This document shows, piece by piece, positions 1-12,600 of a DNA stretch of 43,470 nucleotides. Where the stretch lies: NCBI GenBank assembly GCA_001655205.1, contig LPNZ01009557.1, positions 1-43,470 on the forward strand, written 5' to 3'. The stretch's first letter is position 1. Each line of letters begins with the position of its first letter. This DNA is from Lenisia limosa (lineage: Eukaryota > Protista > Breviatea). The position numbers and the translations under genes were made by a program. Below the pieces are notes generated by a model, which was not told the DNA's origin, did not search any database, and saw only the letters and a list, made by a program, of their open reading frames with translations.

Positions 1-3000
1 CTACCAATATTAATTGACGGACGTTTGTCAAAGAAAAACGTGTTTTTCAGGTGGGAGTACGTGGATCCAGATACCTGAAAGAAATGAGTATTTAATGGCC
101 AAAGTCAAGTCAAGAACACAAAGGTTAACTAAAGTGTTTGCGTTTGCTCCAACCTGAACGTGAGCTGGAACGCCAGAGCTCTCCATCTTCGAGGCGATGT
201 TCACAGCATCACCCCAGAGGTCGTAAGCCAGCTTGCGGGTTCCAATCACACCGGCAACAACAGGGCCCGTATTGATGCCGACGCGGACAGTAAGCAGCAC
301 ACCCTTCCCTAAGTCGAGCCCAGTGTTGGTCCGCCGTAGCACCTGGGGGGGGGGGGGNNNNNNNNNNNNNNNNNNNNNNNNNNNNNNNNNNNNNNNNNNN
401 NNNNNNNNNNNNNNNNNNNNNNNNNNNNNNNNNNNNNNNNNNNNNNNNNNNNNNNNNNNNNNNNNNNNNNNNNNNNNNNNNNNNNNNNNNNNNNNNNNNN
501 NNNNNNNNNNNNNNNNNNNNNNNNNNNNNNNNNNNNNNNNNNNNNNNNNNNNNNNNNNNNNACGCAATTACCCTCTAATCATTTGAGGCATGATTTGAAA
601 CAAGTAGATTATTATTTCCCATTCCAGTATTCAACTTAATCGTAGGAAAGTGGATCAGTTTGGAATAAGGACCCCCCCCCCCCACTCACTTCATTCATTT
701 GGATAGCCATTTCAGTGATGGCTCGGGCGTGGGATGGATGCGGCTCAGGCACACCAGCAGCAATGTGGTAGTNNNNNNNNNNNNNNNNNNNNNNNNNNNN
801 NNNNNNNNNNNNNNNNNNNNNNNNNNNNNNNNNNNNNNNNNNNNNNNNNNNNNNNNNNNNNNNNNNNNNNNNNNGTCTTGATCTTCTCCAAACTCAGCGA
901 AACTGCCACCTATAGCTGGTCAAGCGGATAGAAGAATTAAAAAGAACTGAAAGCAACACGGGAATAAATGGATGTTGATATATATATTTCTGACGTTAAA
1001 CTCTGCGTCCCTCACTTTATCAGGCCCATCATCCCCGTCCCCTTCTTACCCCCTTGTCAAGCTTCACCCACCCACCTTGTCAAATTCGGTAAAGATGTCG
1101 TTGAGCATTGACACGAGTGTTTCGGGGCTCTTACTGCTCGACAATTTAGTAAAGTTCACAATATCCGCGAAGAGCACTGTTGCTTCAGGGTGGTAATCCG
1201 TAACTGGCGATTCTCCCGCCTGCCAAAGTCAAAAGATCCGGACAAAAGACGGGGCAATAGATCAAAGCACCAATACCCAAAAGAAAGCAAATCTCAGCAG
1301 AAATCAAGTATTGAGTCCCTAAAGCAGAAAGCCGCTACCCACTACAATAAGAACAAAAAAACTTGAACTGTGCTTGAACTCTCCTCGTAATAATAGATGC
1401 AACGATACAACCATCATTTCACCCAGACAAACCTGCAATCTGTTGATGATGGACTTGGGCAGGGTGTTAGACAGGAGCTGTTCGGAGACCTCCAGCTCAG
1501 CCAGTCGGTTAGTGTCACTCTCTCCATCCTCATCAACCAAAGCACTGCAGAGGATGAAGGGGAAGGGGGGTATGAAAAAACAAGTTCCTTGAACTGTCAT
1601 AATCATAACCGCTACCAACCTTCCTGCATGGTCCCTCATTGGGTCGCACCAGTCAAAGTCCTCTGCGTGGAGACCGCTGTGTTATCAATAGACATGACAT
1701 ACCATACCCAAGAAGAATAAACCAATAACATAGACATTTGCCACTATTCAAGATAAAACATAACTCCCATGATTCAAGAACTATCCTTGGAATACCCAAA
1801 GTGGATGCCAATTGATGATGAATATCGAGATACTCAAGCAAGCTTATCATTATGGGACCAAGGGGAATCTAATTCCCCGCAAACTATCGTACAATGTCGT
1901 CAGCGGTTCTCGCCTAAAAAATAAAAAATCGGATTTGATTTCCAATTGACAAAATTACAATATTGAAGATCATCATTAATCGCATTGACAAGGCATCCCA
2001 TCATGACAAGGTATTATTACAGCACGAACCTGGGGTGACGCAACGCCCAACAGAACGTCACTTTCTTGGATGTAGAGAATTCGGCCGCTGAGCTGCAGAG
2101 GCGGCTGTTCCCCTGCGAACAAGTGAGCAGCGATCCTTTCACATGTCTCATTTATATACCAAAAAGCACCGTTTTTTTGTGGGAGGGGATATAGTAATAT
2201 ATAATGATNNNNNNNNNNNNNNNNNNNNNNNNNNNTATGTATGATATATAGTAATATATGATATCGCATACATATTCGATAATGTATAAAAATATAATAT
2301 GGTAAGAGTCCACACAAATCAAAACTGAAAGAGACGAGACGCCCAGTCGCCCCACAAACCTTGAGCCACGGTCAGCGATAGAGAGACATTAAAACCGTCT
2401 GCTGAAGCAAGACACCTGAAAGGTGACGAAAAAACCCATGCATGGTAATGAGGGTTACATAAAATGANNNNNNNNNNNNNNNNNNNNNNNNNNNNNNNNN
2501 NNNNNNNNNNNNNNNNNNNNNNNNNNNNNNNNNNNNNNNNNNNNNNNNNNNNNNNNNNNNNNNNNNNNNNNNNNNNNNNNNNNNNNNNNNNNNNNNNNNN
2601 NNNNNNNNNNNNNNNNTGACGGGTACGAATCCAAAGAAATTGTAATATTAAGGGAAAAAACTTGGTAACTTCAGAAATAAGGAACTTGGCGCCCCTTTTC
2701 TCTCAAATCCCAATGTAATTATTTGTTTCCCTAGATTTCTAATTAATATGTGATATTATTTCTTTTGTTCAAAAAAAAAACCTCCCAACCTTTTCTCTTA
2801 GTAACTGCGGGGCCAATCGTTGAAGAAGTGGTCCCTACACTATGAGACCATACTGGTACAAACCATGGGGGGGTAAGAATTCGTAAACAAAATACTGAAT
2901 GTCTCACAGTCCAAACTAATTTGCTAACGAAATGGTAAAACTTAGGCCATTTGACCCAGTTATATCTCCAATACGGGTATAAACGTCCTGCCCCCAACCA

Positions 3001-4952
3001 TTTGGATAACTCGCAATTGAGGGTCGACAACGAAATGACAAGGGTGTGTCAGCGCCAGTTGCGAGGCCTCCATAGGGATTTGATAGTAATCCGAGCAGAC
3101 CGGTTCACCTACACATATGAGCATGGTGTCACTCGAAAAATATGATATTTTGGCATCTATTTTCAGAACAGAAGCAGGACTATGGAGGCCATATGGACAA
3201 GAAGGGGGGCAGTCATGAATGGTAAATAATATCAAATTACGTTGACGCTTTCCAAAATGTGACGGAGAAACACCAAACAGTTTTAGAAAATCTAAAAGAG
3301 GAGCAATGTACCCCAAAAGGAAATCTAAGTAAACACATGCTCACTTTGTACAGGGGTAGGGTATTTGATTAGGAATGTGTCAGTGAGAGCACCATCAGAG
3401 CGCGGGATCGATTTAATTGTGAAGAACGCCTGGAGAATAAGGGTGAAAACGTCTAAGGAGATGATGACACTATGGAGGCAAAAAGAAACAATGTAGATTA
3501 AATAACTCCCTGAGCCCCCCTCCCCCTACCCCATAATGGTCACCAACAGCCTTAAGAACTCCAACAAGGATCGACTGCGGGCCTAAGGTTGGGTAAATGA
3601 ACGCATAAATGAGCAATAAAAACAGGTAGTATTTGGCCAAAGGTTAGATCTTGGACTAATACAATATCAAGCAACTTGGATACTCCTCCAACCTAGTAAG
3701 CTCCACCATTCGGGAGGTGTTGAAGCGGTTCGATCTGGTTCGTTATCCAACTGTAGTGAATCCCAAAAAGCACATCACCAAAAAAAACTCAACAAGAATA
3801 ATTGACCATTACAGCACCCCCAACAGTGTACAGCAAAAGAGCCTTCCATTGGCTGAGATACCCAAAGAAAAGACTTATTGGCTGCACTCCCGTCAATACG
3901 CATCTAAACTGTCAGAACTACTTTTTTGAACTAGTTAGCAAACGGCAAAGAGATATGCTATGATAATTGAAGTACTTAGCCTATNNNNNNNNNNNNNNNN
4001 NNNNNNNNNNNNNNNNNNNNNNNNNNNNNNNNNNNNNNNNNNNNNNNNNNNNNNNNNNNNNNNNNNNNNNNNNNNNNNNNNNNNNNNNNNNNNNNNNNNN
4101 NNNNNNNNNNNNNNNNNNNNNNNNNNNNNNNNNNNNNNNNNNNNNNNNNNNNNNNNNNNNNNNNNNNNNNNNNNNNNNNCATGAGAGACCGCGCATCTAT
4201 CATTTCTTTAAACTCTTTCAGGGCAATTCGCTCGAACCTTCACTTGTTAGCAATCAACTCTATATATTGGTTGAAGTTTGCAGATGGAATTTAATGCATC
4301 GTATCCAAATTTTATTTTTAAAAAAATCATTTTACAAACACTCCTTTGTAGTAGCATCACCCCACACACATATACACACCAACACCTTCGAGGAATACAT
4401 CGAGGGATAACTGTCGAACTTCCTCGCTCACAGCCCTAGTAATGTAAGAGCTCTTTAATGATTTATATATCACAGAACTAATTGATGTCCCTTATATGTA
4501 CTTAAAATACACGGTAATGCTTTTGGATAATAAAGAATCTGGTTTGAAAGAAAAGGCATATCAGTGAGAAAAAGGAATCAGATTGAAGTAAACAACATAA
4601 CGCCCCAAAACATAAACAGAAAATTGTCAGAGAAATAATAGTATCTCGAACACAAACTCTGACCAAATGTATCAACTATTTCCTAATAATTATAGACAAA
4701 AAAAGGTATAGATTTGCGGAAATCAAAGCTCATTCAACCTTCCCCACCGAAGCAGATCCGATGTTACTTCATCGTCGTAAAAGGTGAAGTTTGAAAATTC
4801 CATTGCTGCAGCATTTAACAAAACAAGTTCACGGATCTAAATGCAGTGAGAAAAGCCGTGGAGGTAACCTCAGGGCCAACCTTCGACGCCTTCTTCTCGC
4901 CAAATCGGACTCTCAGGTAGCCCAAGATAGCATTATTAATTATGCCTAGCAT
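1..4952 (-). CDS. Soluble class III nucleotidyl cyclase with sGC-like architecture (H-NOX, HNOBA/PAS, coiled coil, cyclase); multi-exon, 3' end runs off the window
   Basis: Hand-spliced exons. The start [24 protein letters not shown]|[20 protein letters not shown] matches the H-NOX N-terminus. [25 protein letters not shown] matches the H-NOX C-terminus. [16 protein letters not shown]|[33 protein letters not shown] and [10 protein letters not shown] match [23 protein letters not shown] is the coiled-coil end. [28 protein letters not shown] and [37 protein letters not shown] are cyclase core motifs. Several exon parts lie in N gaps. Confidence 0.9.
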
Positions 4953-5253
4953 ATTGCTAGGACCTAGCGACGTGTAACTAGGCTATGTGGTGAACCAGCT
5001 AACTTAAGAGGCCCGTGTAAGAAGCTCCGATATACAGTATACACCTGTATTAATGTATTAACGTTACTAAGAGAGGACTTTCCACAAAAAAAAGACTACA
5101 TAAAACAGATATAAAATATACCCACACCCCCTTTTTTATGATGGTCGCACTCGCAAATTTCTCTCTCAGTACAACTCTCAGTAAATCAGTATAAAGACAA
5201 ATATAACATTTTTGAGTCGAAGGAAGGGAAGTTTGATTCTAATATTCAAAAAC
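4953..5253. promoter_or_regulatory. Putative bidirectional promoter (cyclase / FHA-forkhead)
   Basis: About 300 bp separate the divergent start codons; inferred from gene geometry only. Confidence 0.45.
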
Positions 5254-8093
5254 ATGAATATCCCGCCACAGGGACCTCTTCTAGAGCTCACCTATCCGTA
5301 TCTAAACGGCCACAAACATTTTATCTTTGAAAAGAAGGTGACTCTCGGCCGTGGAGGAGATGTTGGCGAGCCTGAGATCCATGTTTCCTTTGATAGGTCG
5401 ATCTCCCCACTACATGCAGAGCTCACGGTTGTTGCTGGCTCTCCAGGAGGCAACTCGCCGATTGCCGAGTTGACCTGTCTTGGCCAACGAGGATGCAGCG
5501 TCACAGGTGGGTTACATTGGCAGATTCCTCGAATTATGCACGCGAAAGTTGTTCTCATGTTTACCTATCCAGGTGTTTTCTATCGTGGCAACCCCACCAA
5601 AGTGATTCCCATTCTAGAAGGTGACATTATTGGTATTGGTATGAGGGGTGATTCAACTTGAAAGCATCTGCCATGAGCTTAGTAGAATGCATCATTATTC
5701 CATTCTCGATATTATCATTTTTGCAAATGGGGGGTTTAAACTACTTCTTGAGAATGGATTTTATATTATTATCAGTACCATTTCTAGTCGTAATGACATA
5801 CATGTAGATTGTTTCTTTAATCTTCTCTTTAACGCCTTCCATTGACATGCTCATCTCCAGGGGAAACGCAGTTCATTGTGACGTTGCCATCCCCTACACT
5901 CTCATTGGAACATAGTCAGGTACGTCAAGGGGTGTATAAGGGACGTTCACATCCCCTACTTTTTTCACCAAAGTTGACCTATATTGAATGGAGTGTAAAT
6001 GTTCAACAAAAGACTCCATTTTTACCATTCGTATTGTATTATGAAAGCAGTACTGGCCATTTTATCACAGTTCACGCTCCAATAATTAACATTTTAGATG
6101 ATCAAGAGGCAGCTTTTTCGGCAGGGCCACTGCGAAGCCCATAATGCAGTAAGTAAGAAACCAGGTGATGGGGGCATTCATCATAAATTGCAAAATAATG
6201 TTGTACGCTAGAGGGATGTGATGCGGTGCTGCAGAAGCCATATTTTATTGTTTTCAATCCTTATGTGCTACAAATTTTTAGGTAACAGAGTTGATTCTGG
6301 GTGTCTTTTGTTTTCCCCAATCCCCCCCATGTATTGTGTGTGTGAAGCCGATATTATGATAATCAGGAACACTACAACACATTCTTCAGTTGAAATGTAC
6401 AAAAGTAGACTTGAACGCCCCCTCACTCTATGTACCCCCATCTGTTAAGCATTGAACTATATCACAACCCCCATTTTACCCTCTTCAGAAGAAGATGTTG
6501 TGGTGCCGAGCCAGGTTCCCTCCAAGAGGCCACCTTCCACAGCCCCGTCCGTACCGTGTGAGTGGGGATTGCTGGAAAGGCCGAGTTTCTCATGCCAACC
6601 TAATTACATTTACTTAAAGCCCAAGTTGGTATCATCAAAACACATATTAGTTTTGGTATTTTTAATAGTTGTGCATTTACGTTACTGCAGCGGCTCCGGT
6701 GGCGGTGAAGAAGCCGCAGTCTCTGCGTGTCACAGTGTACATAGCCATGGCAACTGCCTTAGCAAAGGACCACACCACCAGGTTAAACAGTGATGAAATT
6801 ACGACATTAGTCAATGAAATTGTGCCCCCAGGTTTGTGGGGTTTTCTCATTGTTGGCGATGTTGGAGAATGCAAAATAGCTGCGAATTAAATGGCTATGT
6901 AACATGATTTGAGTATTCTAGATTGATCCATAGGGGTACCTGAGGGCTTTTGGCGGTAGTTTTACCTTTCCCTCTCTGCTTTGTTTTGTTATTTATTTTC
7001 AAATTCTCTTCTTATGATAGAATATTTGATTCAGGATTATGTTAGCCAGTTTACACCCCCCCCCCNNNNNNNNNNNNNNNNNNNNNNNNNNNNNNNNNNN
7101 NNNNNNNNNNNNNNNNNNNNNNNNNNNNNNNNNNNNAGCCTTGCTTCATCAACTTCAAGGATGTGGGCGGTTAATAATCCATAAAAGGATGATACTAACG
7201 CTAAAGCCAGCACTCTGGCTATTTGTACCTTATCGGAATCGTATTTTTGATAATATACTCTTGTATTTGCTTTGAACGGTGTTTGTTGGGCACATGGTTT
7301 AATATGAGATAATCATCAATGATAAGATCGATACTGACGATGTAGCCTGACGGTGGAGTTGTTTGGACTCTTGACCCGACACAAAGCCTTCCAAGTAACC
7401 TGGTTGGTGTTGGCTTGTCAGATTGTGATATGTAATATATCTGTTATGGTTGAGATCAAAGTTTACCACAAAATTCGCATGATAGGCGTGTTAAACACCC
7501 AATCATAATGTGATACATTGTTCCTTGACACATCAACATGGTGTTTTGCAAAAATCAGCGAACTCTTTTTTGGGCATATTTTAATATAGTTTCTTACACA
7601 AACAGGATATGAGCCTCGTGCCTTCCTTTAAACTTCCACCCAAAACCAATTCCCAAGCCGCCCCAACGTCCACTTCTTCTGAGCCTTCTTTCCTTCCTCC
7701 TCCGATCATGAGCCAAAGGTATGTCGTGTCAAAGTAATAGAGCAATGGAATGTCATGCAGTCCGTCCTTTCCTTTCCTTTATTCCTGCTTTCTTCCTCCC
7801 TTTTCTTTTCTCTCACCTCTCTCAACTCCTTGTCATCTCTATATTCTCGCACTTCTTCATTTCTCGCATTCTTCCTTGCATTCCAGCTGATTTCTTTAGG
7901 GCAAGACGAGCGAAGAAGCCTCGTCAGGATGATGGGTTCTTTGTCGAAGAGGTACGGATTGTTTTGTCGATTACACTTTGTGTTGTAATAAAGATTGTCG
8001 TTATGATGTCTTCTAATACAACAGGGCGAACCGGATGATGTTCCACAGCACCACTACAGACACGGCAATGAAGAACTATACGATGATGAATAG
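5254..8093 (+). CDS. FHA domain + forkhead (winged-helix)-like protein, FOXK/Fkh-type architecture; multi-exon
   Basis: Exon 1 gives KVTLGRGG..DRSISPLHAEL..LGQRGCSV, then ILEGDIIGIGETQFIV (FHA). Later exons give KPQSLRVTVYIAMATALAKDHTTRLNSDEITTLVNEIVPP and, after an N gap, PCFINFKD|PDGGVVWTLDP (forkhead-like H1-H2 and the WTLDP wing). The 3' exons and the stop (TAG 8091-8093) are less certain. Confidence 0.7.
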
Positions 8094-8164
8094 GTTTGGT
8101 GGGTCTGTAGGTCTTGATTTGGTGGTGTTAGAGCCATATTGAGTCTCGCTGATTCTACTTTCCA

Positions 8165-9047
8165 GTACCTTCGCTTAATATCCTAGAGAGATCCTACCAG
8201 AATTGTATGGTTACTGTCCACCAGAGATTAATTTGTACTCTGAATAGTATGTACTTTTTTTTTATTTCTATCTATACCCTGGATTCAGATTTAGTTCAAA
8301 TGGTTGTTCTATTAGAACCACTAAAGGACAGTCTTTCCCCCATTCTGACTGAACAATTACAGGAGGAACTTCATTTTTCAATTCTCCAAAGAGTGCTGGT
8401 GAAAGTTGAGGTACTGAAAAAAAGTTATTATCGGACATCAGGACATCAGGATATGGCCAGTCAGTGGCCAGTTGAACAGTTGCAAATATGGATCAAATAT
8501 ATTAGACATCAAAGAATCGGTCCGGAGAGGGGAATTTCTTCTTGATTATTGGTCCTATCTCTGTGTTATGGCATTGATTTGGCCATTCACATAAATAATG
8601 AGTAGTGTGTGAGTTGTAAATAAATATATTAGCTTGATAATATACGAAGCAAAAAACCTTGATAAAACTTTGATTGACTCCACAAAACGTCAACAATTAT
8701 TGGGCGATGATGGGTCCTTTCTTAGTCGTCACTCCAACAAAGCCCAAGGCCATCAAGAAGGAAAGGTGGGAGGGCTGGGAGGTCTGCATCAGCATGACCT
8801 GATAAATGTCGTTTCTGCATATTGACAGGGAATATGGATTCATTATCAATACACGAAGATGATTGATTAGTTTCTTCAAGAAGATGGTTTGAGGAGCCCA
8901 AAAGGAGGAAACTGGTAGGGCCGTTTTTTTGTTTTTGTTCTGTTTTGCCTGATTACTTTGATGCAAGGTTAGTACAAAGGCTGCTCTACTGAGGGTTTAT
9001 TTTGTCTCTTCCATACCCCTTCCGCATTTCAGGGGCCGCCAATGTAG
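8165..9047 (+). other. Unresolved spliced-looking segment downstream of the forkhead gene (3' UTR exons, small gene or relic)
   Basis: There are several plausible + strand GT/AG boundaries and protein-like fragments (LVQMVVLLEPLKDSLSPILTEQLQEELHFSILQRVLVKVE; WFEEPKRRKL), but I could not build one continuous frame. Confidence 0.25.
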
Positions 9048-9615
9048 CCGACCAGACATGATTTTTTTGACATCAGGTGACATCAGGAAACATCATGAAA
9101 TCATGTGATAATTTACATTTTTCTTTTCTTTTATTTGGTATTCTTCTGAGTATTCCGTTGTAAAAAAGGTATGAAACCATTCTAACAGTATTATTACTAG
9201 TAGAGTCGTATCATCTTTAAATCAGCCCCTTTTTTCTTCCTTTTCACTTTCCTGTCACTTTGCTGATTGAATCTGGACAGTAAAGAACTCACAAGTATTA
9301 CCTTGAGTTTCCAGCAAAACATCTCAATTTGTGATGGAATCTTTCCGTTGTGCTGACCGTTTTAGCATCAAAGAACCTAATTTGAATGAAGAAAACGGAG
9401 GTGTGTTGAGTTGTGTGTTTGAATATATGGTGTATCTTTTGGGAGTGAGTCGTAATTCGTGTTAACTAATCGAAACCTCAATCCATGTTCAAAGGAACAC
9501 TGGCAAGTCATTGTACCAATATCCGTCCCCTATGAGTATCATTTTACAAAGGTAAACAACTGGCAATGGTATTTGTAGAAATACACAATAACATCCAATG
9601 TCTTTGAAACAGAAA

Positions 9616-12600
9616 TTAGAACTCTGTTAAATCCTCGATCTCTCTTTTCTTTCTCGCACGGCTACAGCAACAAACAACTGCGCTAATAAGCCCAAGTCCT
9701 GCTGTGGCTCCCAATATCACCTACAAGATAAAGACAAAGCTATGTTGTAGAATGGAAATAAATCTAAGCTCTCTGCAGATCTTATATACCTCGACACTGA
9801 ATCAGTTGGGGTTTTTGATATTTATATCAAACAACATAATACATACCTTTTCTTTCAATACATCACTCGGTTCCTCCTTCATCATTTTGCAAGTTGGGTC
9901 ATCAGAATCTTCGGAACATACATCACACACCACCTAAACTGTCACATTGTCCGTTTTCTTTTCAATGTGTCAACATCTCTTCAAAATCCGCGAACTATAT
10001 AGTATGATATATTTTACCGATCTTTTTCGGACCAACTCTAATTCAATACTAATCACGTGTATACCTCAGGGGAACAGTTCAGCGGGACACATTTCAGGTA
10101 TGGTGGAGAAACACAGCCTCCATTGTCGGATAGACACGGGTTGGTGTATTTCTCAGGACAGCCAACTTCCTGTTGTTAGGTTAAACTCAACCTGTTTTTT
10201 CCAAATACAAATTGGGAGTACTCACCTTATCAATTCGGATGTAAAATTCAACGTCATCACCAAGAGGAATGCTGTCTTGTTCCTAAATAATAAAAACACA
10301 CTCTCACAATCATGAAATTTGTTTTGAGGATGAAGTCCGCAGCACATCATTCTGAAATGAGAAAATAACTCATATTATTAGATACTACTTGTTATGATGT
10401 AAGCCTACCGTGGAGCGGATTGAAATGTCTCTCCTCCGCTCTTCGATAACATAAGTCAAAAGGAATTTAATTTGCGTCTAAAATGTGAGAAGAGAAAAAA
10501 ATCAGATTGTCACCCTTTGGCTTACCTTGAAAGTGAACATCCCTGCATCATTTTTGTCGAATAGGTCTTTTTCTTCTGCACCAACAGATATTCTGAAATG
10601 TTACCAAATAGAGTGTAAAGCATCAATTCCTTGAACATCCAACATACCTGTAGGAGAATGGTAAAAGGTACACGCCTTCACTAATGACTCTCAACGTAGA
10701 GTTGGAAACAAGGTCATTTGCCTGGGTAAATGTTAACGTAGAGTTGGAAACAAGGTCATTTGCCTTGGTAAAAGTTATTTACAATCAACAAAGTCCTTAT
10801 GTTCTATTTACCTTATTGCACTCTTTGAACCTGTGTATTTTGAAATCAGGTTACCTTTCCAAGGACGGTTTCGAAGCCATTAGCTTTGAGAAAAGACAAT
10901 TTGTACCCTGTGTCTACTGTAATGTCCGTGACTTCTGCTGAGCTATTTGATTAGCAAATTATAACCTGGATATTTGTTTAAGTAGACGAATATTAAAGTG
11001 TAAAAGTGATATTGATTCAGTATGAAATGACCAAATCAATAATCATAAGTCATATATTGATTGTAAAGAACAGTTTGTCATATAGTATACAGTATATTAT
11101 TTCCTTATTATTCTGTGCCCACCTTAGTTTGACGTCCGGGGATGTGACGGTCAGTTCGAAATCAATAAGTTCGCCAGGCTTGAGATATTAATATGAGGTT
11201 ACAATGATGAAGACTTCATTGATGATAGATAACTCTTGAGGTAATGATGAATTATTTGGTTCTGGATTGAATTTTATTCAACTTGATCAACAAAAAGGAT
11301 ACAAACAGGTAAGTGATCTCTATTTTACATTTTAAAAACGTCAAATGTGCCAACCAAGAACACTTGGGTGCTTCGCGATGTATCAAGATCTGCTTCAATG
11401 TGTGCATTAATCGCAGTTACAGAACAAAGCGAGTCCTAATATCATCATATTTTGAAAGGTCTCAAGTCAGGTCAAAGTATATTTATGATTAATGATCATT
11501 CGAAAACCAATAAAAAAATACCATTTCAGAAAATACCAACCTCTGTTTCGATGAAAGACTCAAGATCAAGCATATCAGGAAGGACGCAAGGCATTTCACT
11601 GTTACTACAGTGGAACTCAAAATAGAAGTTGTACCTAACGTGTCAGGTAAAATAACGCAAACAGAATAATCTCCAAAAGACACAATACCCTACCATCCAG
11701 TAATGCTGCACTCCTCTTGAGGGTCTATCGTCATTGTCCATTCCTGGTGACAAGGTGACGATGAAACTGGAAAAGTCAAATTGAAACATTGACCACAGGT
11801 ATGTAATTTCTATAACCTACTAATATTTTGACAATTGTCACGTTTACTGTTGTCTTCAGCAACTTCCACCATTATTCCTGTGGGTGCTGCAACTAAATGG
11901 GGTAATGATTAAATTGATATTATACATTTGACACTTAACAGTGCAAGATATTGAAAGCATGTGATACAAACGCTTACATTGCTTATGTTGAAGCTTGAAT
12001 CGCCTGTCAACTTGAGTGATATAAGCTAACTAAAAAATATTATCAAATAGCTATAACATATCATACACATATTATAGTATAGTATACTATGTATATCATA
12101 TGATATGTATATCTACATGTACGCAGGAGACAACTTCAATTTTTTTCACCATAGTACCTCCCAACCTCAATTTGTCCGGTTCCGGAGTTAAAGGATTTTG
12201 ACTTGATCCATGCCTATTCAATAAGTTCCAAAAACAGGAACATCCTTTTCAGGCATCATGGAGCAATATGAAAGAAATTATATCCTATAAAACCAGTTTT
12301 GTATTGCCAATAAATGGTGTCAAGCGGAGCGAGTAAAACGCCAACCTTGGATGCAACACATCTTGTGCAGGGTGGAAGTCCAGCTAGCTGACCAAAGTCC
12401 TCTTTTTCTATTACGCTTGTACGAACCATGCTCTCAAAAGCATCCCCATCATCACTTTCACGTTTCTAGAGTATCAGCAACGTATCATTTTCAAAGCAAA
12501 ATATTATCCTTAAAAGGAGTATGATGAGAAACACAGCAGAAGCTGTGATTTCAATAAAACTGACATGGTCCTCAACATACGGTTAAAAAAGCACAACTCT

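Noticed and set aside
345-357. Poly-G as a pure two-colour sequencing artefact
   Set aside because: This is possible for runs abutting N gaps, but equivalent runs at 672, 16797, 40618 and 42567 have called sequence on both sides, so the overall pattern is not explained by artefact.
8093-8330. TAG sense-codon reassignment extending the forkhead gene
   Set aside because: Reading through TAG in that phase soon meets a TAA and gives no protein-like sequence, and the other genes need no recoding.
12060-12110. ATATCATATGATAT palindrome, also at about 19019
   Set aside because: Both copies are embedded in low-complexity AT-rich intronic tracts and are likely slippage products with no evidence of function.
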